A DNA stretch of 64,000 nucleotides from Lama guanicoe (Eukaryota): assembly GCA_013239625.1 (NCBI GenBank), contig MU053493.1, forward strand, positions 381,793-445,792, written 5' to 3'. Each line of letters begins with the position of its first letter. Within the stretch, counting starts at the first letter, position 1. This document shows, one piece after another, positions 1 to 12,730 of the stretch. The position numbers and the translations under genes were made by a program. A model generated the notes under the pieces. It did not search any database. It had not been told where the DNA came from and saw nothing but the letters and a program-made list of their open reading frames with translations.

Positions 1-190
1 CATAACTTCATAAGCAAATACAGGGCCTCAGAAAGACCATACAAGAGACCTATAGGTGGGTAACTGACAGGATCTCAGTGTTACTTAGAATACAGCTAGT
101 GTTAAGATCCTGCCACACTGAGTGAGTATCTGCAGCCTGAGGAAAATTGATGCTCACTCCAGGAGTAAAGAGAGTATCAAAAAGGGGGAA

Positions 191-610
191 TGAAAGGGCA
201 AACCCCACAAAGAGACCAGCAAGACCTCCCAGGCAGGGCCTTTGCCTTCCACATTTTTGCTTCTGTAAAACAGCTTGCTTCTAGGAAAATTAAATTTACA
301 CCTAAAATTCCATTGGGTCCCAAAAGCTCAGTCATGATTGGCCTATTTCTAACACCACATTTGCATTTACCCCTAATATTCCATTGGTTCCCATTAGCTA
401 ATTCCTGATTGGTCCATTTCTAACGCCTCATTAGCATAAGGTGTGAACTTAATCTAAACCTAAAACCTAATAAAAAGCCTGTGTAAACCTACAGACGTGG
501 TCCAGAGCTTGCAGTGTTAATTCCTCTGGGCCCACTGGCATAATAAACCTGAATTCTCCAACACTCCAATTATCACTTGGTCTCTTGATGGGATTCAAGT
601 TTCTGTAACA
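191..610 (+). mobile_element. ERV1 (gamma-like) 3' LTR, duplicate copy 1
   Basis: Starts TGAAAGGG right after polypurine tract AAAAAGGGGGAA, ends CTGTAACA, has AATAAA at ~543; near-identical to 2588-3008 and homologous (reverse complement) to 43960-44379 and 54741-55078. Confidence 0.9.
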
Positions 611-624
611 CTGCAGAATGATAG

Positions 625-1450
625 ATAGAAGGACACCAAGCTTTGGGCCTGGAGTGGAAACAAGCCATTTGTGCTATACCTCAGCCAGGCACAAAGAAAG
701 AGGTCCAAGAATTCCTGGGGGAAGCAGGGTTCTCCCAAATCTGGATCACTGGTTTCTCAAACATAGCCAAGCCCCTGTATGAAGCCACCATGGGATCTGG
801 GAAGGAACCCTTGGACTGGAGACCCAAGCAGGAGGGAGCTTTCAATGAGATCAAAGGACTGCTGATGTGTGCTCCTGCCCTGGGAGTATCAGATGTGACA
901 AGAGAATTCAACTTGTTCATCCACTAAAAGAACTATACAGCCCTAGGAGTCCTCATCCAAGCAGTAGGGCCATGGCAGCGGCCCATGGCCTCTTTTTCAA
1001 AACACCTGGGCTGGTGGCATCAGGCTCATAGGCCACCATGCCTATGAGCATTGGCTGCGACAGTAACCCTGGTCAAGGAGGTAGGAAACTCATAACTTCA
1101 TAAGCAAATACAGGGCCTCAGAAAGACCATACAAGAGACCTATAGGTGGGTAACTGACAGGATCTCAGTGTTACTTAGAATGATACTATACCCCTACAAA
1201 ACCAAGGATCAAGTCTAGGTAAAATATTGGACAAAGGAGCCCTTCAAACCAACTTGGAGGGGTCCCTACCCAATTAAGCACCCCCAACATCTCATCTTTC
1301 AAAGTTGCAGGAATCATCCTGTGAATTCATCACAACAGGGTAAAGAGGCCTCGAGATGATGATGTCTGGAAAATCAACCAGGCTCCTGGAGAGCAACTAA
1401 AATTCAGGATCCATGAAGTGCCCACCACATCTGCTGGAGAACAGTGAGCC
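625..1450 (+). pseudogene. pol: ERV1 pol remnant (RT thumb/connection fused to integrase C-terminus by an internal deletion)
   Basis: ORF 643-927 reads QEFLGEAGFSQIWITGFSNIAKPLYEA...APALG (RT thumb/connection); the downstream part encodes the integrase GPY/F-like motif (TWRGPY, ~1252-1270); many stops and frameshifts; paralog of 45520-47940 on minus. Confidence 0.88.
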
Positions 1451-1569
1451 CTGCTTTAGCCACACCAAGAAGCTGGATAGTCAACTCACGGCAGAAGACT
1501 TAGGAAGTCACAAAGGATGAGATGAGACAGATTAATTGAAATGCACCTTTTAAAAAGATCGCAACTGTG

Positions 1570-2580
1570 ATGACTGGTCATTGCCACCACTTGCTTTTCT
1601 CTCCCATAATAATCCTTGCTTTAACATTCTGCATAGGACTGACTGTAGTAGCTCCTGCTGACTGGCAATACTCCAGGAGACTCCTACTTGCAATTTCATA
1701 CCTTTTTGTGGTAGATGCCTCACAACTATCCTATGGCTGTGACCTGGCCCTCTCCTCAGGCAAAGCAAGGAATGGCCAGAATTGTAACCTTCTGCCTGCT
1801 TTTATGAATAAATCCCCTTTGCATGATGGAAGGTCAACCATCCATGTAGCCAGGTGGTAACTGATATGGCAGGGATTGCCAAGCAGAGGGAATACTGGGC
1901 TTGCCTAAGAAAGGACACAAAATATGATATGCCTACAGTTCCCCTCCTGACATATTAGGCCTCTCTGGAGGACCTAATGATGCTAACACTGTCTATAAGT
2001 GTGTTCTAGGCTATTCTCTGCAATAAAACTGAGAGGGCAGGAGCAGGGGGAAGACAATGTCCCCACTGATATGAGAGAGAAACTAGACCAGCCAGTCCCT
2101 CTATGTGATTATGCCTTGTGTATGCAACCAAACTAATGGGAAACTTCTCAATATGCTTCCAAAACTTATACAGTGATGAAGGCAATGAGATAGGATATGT
2201 TAAAGAGACCTAATGCAATTAAACTTTGTCATTCAACCAGACAACCCTAGATCGGAAACAATGGGGGGTGATGATGAATATGATGTATACTATATGAATA
2301 ACACAGGATTAAATTTTACCTGAGGAGGCAGAGTTCACAATGTGACAAGATGGTACAATGAAACTATCCTACCCATAAACAGCATCAAAGGGGAGACCAG
2401 CCAAGAATATGTGGGGATAGGTCAGCAAACTGTCTCTCTTCAATCTGACCATGGGTGACCTAATAGACAGAGGGTGTTCCTATATTTTACAGCTAGTGTT
2501 AAGATCCTGCCACACTGAGTGAGTATCTGCAGCCTGAGGAAAATTGATGCTCACTCCAGGAGTAAAGAGAGTATCAAAAA
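1570..2580 (+). pseudogene. env: ERV1 pre-env hydrophobic ORF plus truncated env (signal peptide and SU N-terminus only)
   Basis: Lies between pol and PPT/LTR; signal-peptide-like MARIVTFCLLL at ~1772, EYWACL (ECWACL in the paralog); I see no TM/ISD region before the PPT. Confidence 0.6.
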
Positions 2581-2587
2581 GGGGGAA

Positions 2588-3008
2588 TGAAAGGGCAAAC
2601 CCCACAAAGAGACCAGCAAGACCTCCCAGGCAGGGCCTTTGCCTTCCCACATTTTTGCTTCTGTAAAACAGCTTGCTTCTAGGAAAATTAAATTTACACC
2701 TAAAATTCCATTGGGTCCCAAAAGCTCAGTCATGATTGGCCTATTTCTAACACCACATTTGCATTTACACCTAATATCCCATTGGTTCCCATTAGCTAAT
2801 TCCTGATTGGTCCATTTCTAACACCTCATTAGCATAAGGTGTGAACTTAATCTAAACCTAAAACCTAATAAAAAGCCTGTGTAAACCTACAGACGTGGTC
2901 CAGAGCTTGCAGTGTTAATTCCTCTGGGCCCACTGGCATAATAAACCTGAATTCTCCAACACTCCAATTATCACTTGGTCTCTTGATGGGATTCAAGTTT
3001 CTGTAACA
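2588..3008 (+). mobile_element. ERV1 3' LTR, copy 2
   Basis: PPT at ~2576-2587, TG...CA termini; flank CTGCAGAATGATAG matches the flank of the right-arm LTR (same integration site). Confidence 0.92.
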
Positions 3009-5748
3009 CTGCAGAATGATAGTGTGTGACAACTTGTTTAAAAAAATGCTTACTTTCTACTTTTCTCTGTAAAAGAATGTTGACTAATGGTTAACAAATG
3101 TAAGCAATATATGTAAATCCCCCTATGAATTATAACAGTAAAGAAAAAACTCCAGTATGAAAGAATAGTAAGATGTGTTTTGTTAAGGAAAGACATGATG
3201 GGTGTGTTTTTTTATGAAAAAAATAGTGTAATTCTGTTAAAAATAAATAGATTGTATGCTTTTCTAGAATGAGAAAAAGTAAATAATAAGATGAAAAATT
3301 GAATGGATATTGTTTAATTGGGGAAGAATTTTGGGAAAGGAATCTTGGAAAAGAAATCTTGTATTGGCAAACTGGCATAGATTTGATGGATATATTTACA
3401 TTATTTTTTAAGTTACTCATAAAATTAATACTACACTGATGTAACACTAGAATTGGGTTCTGTCCCTCTCCTAAAACAACAGAAAAATTACTGAGATTAT
3501 TGATCTGCTCTCAATAGGAAATTTTTAAAAGATTTTTCTTTACTATTCAAGTAATCTCTCTATGACACCAAGATTTTGCTTCTTAAAATACTTTCATGTC
3601 CTTCTCTGTGTTGTAACAGGTATTTGATTACTTAAGAAAATCAAGTCTTCTCAATATTAAAAGAGCTAGCTCTTCTACAACTATGTACCCTGTGATTTTG
3701 ACATCTCTTAGTTGTCACTTTGGTTAAATGGACAGCAAAGGATTGTTTTATAGTGACTTCCACTTATTTAGTCAAGTCTCTAGGCCCTTTTTACATATTT
3801 AACAACTTCCTAAAATCAAATTTCAAATTTCAAACAGAGGCCTCTGGAAAAATCCCTAATTTGCCTCCCATCTTGAAAAAGAGAAAAGCTAAACTAATCA
3901 GGTTTACTTCATATTTTGAATTCTGTGCCAACTAAGAAGTGATGATAAAACTTCTTAGCTTATACATGTGTGGATATATGTTATTATAAAGGTATTTACA
4001 ACATAGCAAAAAGTTCACAGAAATGTGTCACTATGCTAATTGTATAGTTATTACCATAAAGTTTTATATGCCACAGAAATGACTAATTTTTCTTATCAAG
4101 TGAACTCTCATCAAAACTTTACTCATGACCATTTTAAGTCATTTGTCATTCACAGTTATTATTTGACTTTGATTTTTCTAAAAAAAAAGTTTACAATTGG
4201 CTACAGTCAGGAATTATCACTGATAGCATCACTTAACTAACTTTGAGACTATGATTTACCCTAATATTCCATTGGTTCCCATTAGCTAATTCCTGATTGG
4301 TCCATTTCTAACGCCTCATTAGCATAAGGTGTGAACTTAATCTAAACCTAAAACCTAATAAAAAGCCTGTGTAAACCTACAGACGTGGTCCAGAGCTTGC
4401 AGTGTTAATTCCTCTGGGCCCACTGGCATAATAAACCTGAATTCTCCAACACTCCAATTATCACTTGGTCTCTTGATGGGATTCAAGTTTCTGTAACACT
4501 GCAGAATGATAGCGTGTGGCAACTTGTTTAAAAAAATGCTTACTTTCTACTTTTCTCTGTAAAAGAATGTTGACTAATGGTTAACAAATGTAAGCAATAT
4601 ATGTAAATCCCCCTATGAATTATAACAGTAAATAAAAAACTCCAGTATGAAAGGATAGTAAGATGTGTTTTGTTAAGGAAAGACATGATGGGTGTGTTTT
4701 TTTATGAAAAAAATAGTGTAATTCTGTTAAAAATAAATAGATTGTATGCTTTTCTAGAATGAGAAAAAGTAAATAATAAGATGAAAAATTGAATGGATAT
4801 TGTTTAATTGGGGAAGAATTTTGGGAAAGGAATCTTGGAAAAGAAATCTTGTATTGGCAAACTGGCATAGATTTGATGGATATATTTACATTATTTTTTA
4901 AGTTACTCATAAAATTAATACTACACTGATGTAACACTAGAATTGGGTTCTGTCCCTCTCCTAAAACAACAGAAAAATTACTGAGATTATTGATCTGCTC
5001 TCAATAGGAAATTTTTAAAAGATTTTTCTTTACTATTCAAGTAATCTCTCTATGACACCAAGATTTTGCTTCTTAAAATACTTTCATGTCCTTCTCTGTG
5101 TTGTAACAGGTATTTGATTACTTAAGAAAATCAAGTCTTCTCAATATTAAAAGAGCTAGCTCTTCTACAACTATGTACCCTGTGATTTTGACATCTCTTA
5201 GTTGTCACTTTGGTTAAATGGACAACAAAGGATTGTTTTATAGTGACTTCCACTTATTTAGTCAAGTCTCTAGGCCCTTTTTACATATTTAACAACTTCC
5301 TAAAATCAAATTTCAAATTTCAAACAGAGGCCTCTGGAAAAATCCCTAATTTGCCTCCCATCTTGAAAAAGAGAAAAGCTAAACTAATCAGGTTTACTTC
5401 ATATTTTGAATTCTGTGCCAACTAAGAAGTGATGATAAAACTTCTTAGCTTATACATGTGTGGATATATGTTATTATAAAGGTATTTACAACATAGCAAA
5501 AAGTTCACAGAAATGTGTCACTATGCTAATTGTATAGTTATTACCATAAAGTTTTATATGCCACAGAAATGACTAATTTTTCTTATCAAGTGAACTCTCA
5601 TCAAAACTTTACTCATGACCATTTTAAGTCATTTGTCATTCACAGTTATTATTTGACTTTGATTTTTCTAAAAAAAAAAGTTTACAATTGGCTACAGTCA
5701 GGAATTATCACTGATAGCATCACTTAACTAACTTTGAGACTATGATTT
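2765..5748 (+). repeat. Near-perfect tandem duplication, ~1490 bp unit (about 2765-4255 and 4256-5748)
   Basis: ORF-track peptides recur at an offset of 1490 (3130/4620, 3720/5210, 4040/5530); the second unit begins with a partial LTR (4256-4498). Confidence 0.95.
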
Positions 5749-7405
5749 TAGTCTGAGTAGAAATTTTGAAAAGAACTGAAAAGACTAATGGAATCATATA
5801 ACTGCTAAACCAAGAAAAGTGTGAAGAAAAATCACTTTCATGATTTTCAACGAATTAATGAATGCTATTATAATCCTTGATGAATTTATTTGAAACACTG
5901 CTGATTTTTTATTGTTTGTTTCTAAAAAGTTAAGGAAACCTTTTTTCTTAAGCTCTGTGTAACTTACAGCAATTTGGTAATGTAATCCTTTGGGAACAAA
6001 GATGCAACAATGATTTTTACTCCTTATCTTTTGTCCTACAACTTGAAAACTCTTAAACAGTATTCTTAGTTTTATGGCAATATGATTATTTGCATAAATT
6101 CAATAAGAGTTTGTTGTCCTTGTGAAAAGACACAATCAGAAACATTGGTTATATTACTAAGGATTTGACTTGAATGTCACATTAGGGATAGATGTGTATA
6201 GAATGAGGTAGAACTAGATATTTTAAAGGAAGTAAAGTGGATTTTAAGGAGCCAATGCTTATAAAACCCATTGGAAATAACAGCCTGTACCTGTCTTAAA
6301 GGGTTTCCAAACTTACAGTTCAGTAAGGAAAGTCACTTCATGACAGACCCAAGAATCTCAAGATATTTTTGGAAATCCTGGAAGACAGAAACTCACTGGA
6401 TGCTACAGGAAGCACAGGCACAGTTCCCTGGTGAGTCCTGGACTTCACTTTCCAACCTGGAGAAACACTGAATAGTCTTAGGGAAAATTCCAGCAAAGCA
6501 AACTCAAGAGGTCTTGCGGTCAATCACTATTCTTGCTGCATTTATGTAAATATTCAGGCAGAGTACATTGAAACAAGATGATCTTGCAAACAAATTCATC
6601 TTACTTTGTTTCTGATTGAATGTTGGTGATCTTAGTGAGAAAAATTATGTTTCAATGGAAAACTGCACTCTACCCATTTGGATTCCATCTTGGACATTTT
6701 GCCAGTAAACACAAAAGCCCAAGTTCTAGTTTATTCCAGTTTCTGCCTATGGCTCTCCAAATTAATGTTTCCAATTTTTCTCCCTTCTGACTTGGAATCG
6801 TGGACAAGTAAAACTTTCCTATTCCCAAATCTCTACAAGTTGTGGCTGTATGACTAGGTATAAACCTCAGTACATTACCATGAATGATCATGTGTGGGCA
6901 AACTTCATGTCTACTTTTGGGTGTACCATACAGAAAGTTCAACAGAAAACCCAATGCCATCACTATAGACATTTCAACTCAAGCCAGGATATCCATTGGA
7001 TTACCACTGTGGTCTGTACCCAGCAACCAAAGATGCTTTTAGAGCAATGTCAAGAAATCTGAACAGGCTTCCCTCTAGAAACAGAAATGGGTTTTCATAT
7101 TAGTCTTTGTTTTTCAGCTATTTTCATAGAAATTCCACTTCCTTAAATATTTGGTAACTAACACCATAGAGCATACCCTCTACTACCAAATATCATCAGA
7201 CAACTTAACAGGTCTTTAATGAGCCATACACAACCTAGCAAGAAAGGAACTCATGTTATTTTAAGGGACAAAGAATCTCTTTTCAATCCTTTGAACAAAA
7301 GGGTGGACTGACTGCAGAATTGACCTTGTTACAATTGTCATGAATTCCTGAATAAATCTGTTTTTACCATTTTAACTATTGTGCAACTATGGGTTTTCTC
7401 AGAGA
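3009..7405 (+). mobile_element. MER4-group/MER31-like ERV1 non-coding internal region with short deleted 3' LTR (left-arm copy)
   Basis: AT-rich internal sequence ending in PPT GAACAAAAGGGTGGAC followed by TGACTG (~7308); reverse-complement homolog of 41003-43955. Confidence 0.6.
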
Positions 7406-7412
7406 GTAGCTA

Positions 7413-7630
7413 GAATCAATCACCCTAGCCAGCACCCAAACTCCCTCAATTGCACATTAACTCACAGTCACTAGAAGCCCACTGTGGCCAGGTGACATGC
7501 TTAAAATCCATCCAGGGAAGAATCAATCACCCTAGCCAGCACCCAAACTCCCTCAATTGCACATTAACTCATAGTCACTAGAAGCCCACTGTGGCCAGGT
7601 GACATACTTAACATCCATCCAGGGGAATCA
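7413..7630 (+). repeat. 107-bp tandem duplication
   Basis: GAATCAATCACCCTAGCC...CCATCCAGGG occurs at 7413 and 7520; GAATCA microhomology at the junctions. Confidence 0.9.
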
Positions 7631-8133
7631 TCGCTCTGTTGCCCAGGGGAAGCAGTGCTTCCTGTGTATCTAAGAGCTCTGGGTCAACAGAGCATAAAGC
7701 TGGGGCACCAGGAAGCATAAACGATGCCTGTCTCTTTACCATCCCTTGATTCTGGACCCATGAAGCCTGGATATAAGGAAACAGTGCCCTAATGGCTGCT
7801 GATCAGAGCATATACAGCCTACTCAAAAGCCCTGTTAAAGCCTTGCAACAAATGTCCTCCCACCTGGCTCCATAAGACAGTCTTCTAGAGGTCCTTCCAC
7901 CATTCTGTCAAACAAGCTACTTCAGAACGGTACTTCAGAACAGTGGGGAATTCCATGCACATGGGCCCACTGCCACAGTTCTTCTATTATGGAATATGTT
8001 CACTGATCTGAAGCAATGATGTATAATATAATGTAACAGTGGACAAGGCATTCTTTAAGTCCTTGAATGATTGTTTTAACAGTAGTTTTGAATACAGGTA
8101 AGGTAAATCTGTACCAAGGTTACTGTCTATTCC

Positions 8134-8174
<41 letters not shown>

Positions 8175-8194
8175 TAAATAAATAAAGTAAGAAA

Positions 8195-8252
<58 letters not shown>
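8134..8252 (+). repeat. Compound microsatellite (GTAA)n(TAAA)n
   Basis: Directly visible. Confidence 0.97.
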
Positions 8253-8253
<1 letters not shown>

Positions 8254-10689
8254 CTGCAGTTTCCATGAAAGAAGGATCCATTGTAAAGAGCCAGGCCCAA
8301 GGAAACTAATTAATCTCCATAATCAGCTGAAAACACTGTCTAACAGTGCTCTGCTTACTATTGGAAGCAGTCATTATCATGTTTAAATCTAATCAGATTA
8401 GAGAGCAGATTCTGAAAACTCAGAAACAATCAGATGATCCCAACAGAAACACTCAGGTAAGTGTTGCTCATTGCAATTGCCCATCAGGGCTGGACACAAC
8501 ATTTGCTAGGGCTTTGGTACCAGCAGTCTTTTCTTTTTGTTTGTGTGCTGGTCCCCAAAGGCAACTCCTTTCTGCATGGCAGGTGGTTGCACAGAGAGAA
8601 GAACACTGAAATTCTCCAAGAACTCCAGAACACTGAAGACTGGCTCGCAACACTGGAGCTGGGTGTCCCCTATGTCCATCTGTGCACTTCCTTGATAAAT
8701 CCTTAGCAAGAACTCAGTTAAGTCAGTTTAGTAAGAGCCCCTCATCTTTCATGTCTAATCACCCTCCATATCAATCAGGTTTTGCTTCCTCCAACATCTG
8801 ACAGGCGATTACAGATCATCCTGGTCTGTATTCAGCAAGAACCCAATAATCTTGTTAGGTTGATGCAGGTAGAGTCACCCCTATAGTTGATACTTCCTCT
8901 TATAATAGTCCATCCACTGACCCATATCAGACTCCTTAGCTACAAATTCCCAAGAGTCCATGCACTATTTGGAAATGGACACATTCCATACTGAGGCCTT
9001 CTATTCCCTAGTGCAACAGTCCAGAGTAAAATCCATTTTACTGCTTGAACCTGTGGCATCTCTTTGACACTATGGTACTACAAATGGGATAGGATCAGAT
9101 TCATCAATGGACCACTAGATCACTCACCCAGGAACATAACTGTGCACTTAGGAAGACTTTGTCTTCATCTCTGACTGATCGAGCATCCACTGATTTGTCC
9201 AACTCCCACATAAATATTCCAGACAAAGATCCTTTGAAGCTGGAGGCAACAGATTTTGTTTCTTAAGATTGGAATTATTTTCTATAAGCTGTATTAGGGT
9301 CCCAGGAAAAGAAAGGCTAGGGTACAATGCTGGGTTTTTGTGTTTGTAAGAAGCTGGGGTAGAGTCCCAGCTAATCATTAGCTGAACCAGAGTCCAAAAC
9401 AAGCACCTGGGTGTAAGAACCAGGGCTAAAGTGATAGACCACCAGATACTAGACTGAGAGTCCCAAATTTCTCTGTTCACAAGTAAGTAGTTACTGATAA
9501 TTAAGACATGGGATCTTCTCCTTGGACTGGAGACCATCTTCAAGAACCCCTGCTAAAAATGTTCCCCATTAACTCTTTCTGCTCCTTTGTTCTTAGTACT
9601 TTTTTTTACTAAGGATAAGTTGAAACTTCAATGGACTCTGGGATATTTAAGGTCTTTCCACACTGGCTTCTCTAAAACCTGTCCCTTCCCATCATAGCTG
9701 CTTCTGCTTCCTCCTTTTACCCCTATAAACCTTCCCTCCAGTTCCCTTGATACTTTGACATGCCTCCCTTCAAACTCTTAACTCCTCCATCCTTCTGCCC
9801 ATCAGCCAGACTTTTCCCCCCTCAGCCCCTCCATTCCTTGTAGTCACTTGAACTTGACTTCCATTGAGGGCTCTTCATAGATTAAGAGACCCCCTTAAAG
9901 AATCACCTGAGTTTGAATAGAGAAAAAAAAGGCTATTTGAAAACAGATGTTTTACCTGTTCAGATGACTTGGAGACACTCAGAACACTGCTGGATGTCTC
10001 TTCAGTCACTGACCTTAAACTGAGTCCACAGCTGCCATCAGAACATAAGTCAGGGCAAAGAAACATCTTAAAAGTCTTCTCCATAACAATTCAGATGAAA
10101 ATATAAAGTGCAGATGAATCAATCTGATTATATCACTATATTTTACTGATCTGTATCTAAGATTTATAGTTAAAACTGTGAGGTCTCTGTTGGCATGTCT
10201 GTATTTTCATGTGCTTGTGTATGTGTTCATACATGTAAGTTATGTATACTTGACATTTGTCTAGCCATGCTAATACCCAGGTTGATATTAGTTGATAAAA
10301 TCCCACAAAGGATTCTGCTTAAATAAGTTTAGAGAAAAAAACAAGTGCTTCTTACCTAATGTTAGGTATTCCAAAAACCATATGAAATATAAGAACACAT
10401 TCAGTTTCTAAACTTTCCCATGGTGTGGGATAATCTTGTAGATAAATCTAGATTTTAAATTGTTGGCAAAATAAAATGCATAAACTTCCAACTTGCCAGC
10501 ATTAAATATAATGCAAACTCCTTAGTTTGCACCCACATTTATTAGTGAAAATTAAGCATAAATTATCTCCACTAGATTTTTCAAATATAGAACTATAAAT
10601 CCATCCTAAGAACAAAATGTATAATAAAAATAAATGATGCATTTTTTTGGCAATTTATGAAAAGTTAGAAAAGCTAAGAAATTCCAACC

Positions 10690-11110
10690 AAATGGCATTC
10701 TGGAAAAGGCATAGCTTCAGAAATAATAAATAGATCATTGTTTCCAGGGGGTTGGGGAGATGGAGGGTGGGAGGGGAGGAGGAATGAAAAGATGAAGAAA
10801 AAGGATTTTTAGGGCAATGAAATTATTCTGTATGATACTATAGTGATGGTTACATGTCATTATGCATTTGACAAAACCCATAGAATTTTACATCAAGAGT
10901 GAACCATAATATAAACTATGGACTTAGTGAACCTGTCCATGTTGGTTCATCATTTGTACTAAGTATGCCACACTGATGAGGGATGTTGAGGGTAGGGGAG
11001 TATATATTTGTGGGTGGAGAGGGATATGTGGGAACTCTATCTTCTGTTTAGTTCTGTTGTGAGCCTGAAACTTCTCTAAAAGAATAAAGTGTTAAAATTT
11101 AAAAAAAAAA
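10690..11110 (+). mobile_element. Old L1M 3' UTR fragment
   Basis: Typical L1M 3'UTR text (GATTTTTAGGGCAATGAAATTATTCTGTATGATACT...AAACTATGGAC) and A tail; mirrored at 26590-27010. Confidence 0.7.
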
Positions 11111-11184
11111 GAATCACCTGATGCATGTCAAAACACTACAAATAAAAAAAGAATGAGGAAAAAAGGAGAATATGGTTAAATATT

Positions 11185-11952
11185 TTTTAAACCATTGAGT
11201 TTTCTTTTTCAGTTATATATGAACATATATATGTTCATTGTCACATTTTTTTCACTGTGAGCTACCACAAGATCTTGTATATATTTCCCTGTGCTATACA
11301 ACTCTGCATATACCTATCAGTATCTACAAATTTTGAACTCCTAATCTGTCCCTTCCCACTCCCCTCCCCCTTGGCAACCACGAGCTTGTATTCTATGTCT
11401 ATGCATCTGTTTCTGTTTTGTATTTATGTTCTCCTATTTTTTTTCTTTTAGGTTCAACATATGAGCAATCTCATATGGTATTATTTCTCTTTCTGGCTTA
11501 TTTCACTTAGAATGACATTCCCCAGGGACATCCATGTTGCTGCAAATGGCGTTATGTTGTCATCTTTTGTGGCTGAATAGTATTCCATTGTAGAAATATA
11601 CCATATATTTTTTATTCAGAGATCTGTTGATGGACATTTTGCTGTTACCATGTTTTGGCTATTTTAAGTAGTGCTGCTATGAACATTGGGGTGCAGGTGT
11701 CTTTTTCAGGTAGGATTCCTTTTTTCTATATGCCCAAGATTGGGATGCCTGAGTCATATGGTAAATCTATTCCTAGTCTCTTGAGCAATCTCCATACTGT
11801 TTTCCACAGTGGCTGCACCAAGCCACATTCCTACCAGCAGTATAGGAGGGTTCCCTTTCCTCCACAACCTCTCCAGCATTTCTCATTTGTAGACTTTTCA
11901 ATGATGGCCATTCTGACTGATGTGTGGTGATACCTCATTGTAGTTTTGATTT
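11185..11952 (-). mobile_element. 5'-truncated L1 (ORF2 C-terminus plus 3'UTR), left-arm-specific
   Basis: Homologous to L1 38150-38900; absent from the mirror site (~26505-26520); approximate TSD TTAAAT(A/G)TTT. Confidence 0.85.
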
Positions 11953-12477
11953 TTTTAAATGTTTATATTGATTGCTTCTGATATTTGGTACTTACATAAT
12001 ATGCCACCAAAAACAAAAAAACAGAATAATGGCTAGATGTGTTGTGTAGCTCATGAAACTTTCACGATTAAATCAAATTAATTGTTAAACAGAATTGAAT
12101 TAAGCAGATGTAAACTATATAAAATGTATAAGGGAATATTTAATAAGTGTTTAATGTTTTATATAATTTATAACATGTTGTGTAACAATCATGTATTTCA
12201 CACTTAAGTTTTTTTTATATTTATGCATATAAATGTCCATATAAAAACAGTTTCATTAACTTATTTGAAAATTTGAACTTTAAAGCTATATGACTACAAG
12301 GTAAAAATGAATATTCATTGACTACCTACATCATTCCCTAATAAGGTTAATATATGAAAATTTAATTACTGAACATGTTTGTCTCCTTGGCATCTTGATT
12401 TTACAGGGGTTAGAAAATCTAAATATTTTGGGGTATGTTAATAAACATTAGAAATTGTACTTTGACAAAGTCACATG

Positions 12478-12730
12478 CATGGAGGAATCTCAAAATTATC
12501 ACGCTGAGTGAAATCAAGTATACAAAAAGTACATACTGTGTGATTACATTGATATAAATTTAGAAAATGCAAACAAATCTATAGTGATAGAAAGTAAGTT
12601 AGTGGTGGCCTGGGGATAAGAAGGCAGAGAGGGACAAGAAGAGGGACAGCCAAGGGTCACAATGTAACTTTTGGAGGGAATGTCATGGTCATTGTCTTCA
12701 GAGAGGTGGTGGTTTCCTGGGTACACAGGT
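12478..12730 (+). mobile_element. Old L1M 3' fragment
   Basis: CATGGAGGAATCTCAAAATTATCACGCTGAGTGAAA...AAATCTATAGTGATAGAAAG L1 3'UTR signature; mirrored at ~25750-25995. Confidence 0.7.

Larger units (their letters stand above)
7406..8650 (-). mobile_element. ERVL internal (pol integrase/dUTPase region) fragment
   Basis: Mirror of 39960-41002, whose plus strand encodes decayed HHSEVACLTE*WTGF*KAQL, resembling the ERVL integrase HHPEAAGLIERWNGLLK motif. Confidence 0.65.

Noticed and set aside
3130..5727. Repeated ORF peptides as a gene family
   Set aside because: They are by-products of the 1490-bp tandem duplication of non-coding ERV internal sequence.
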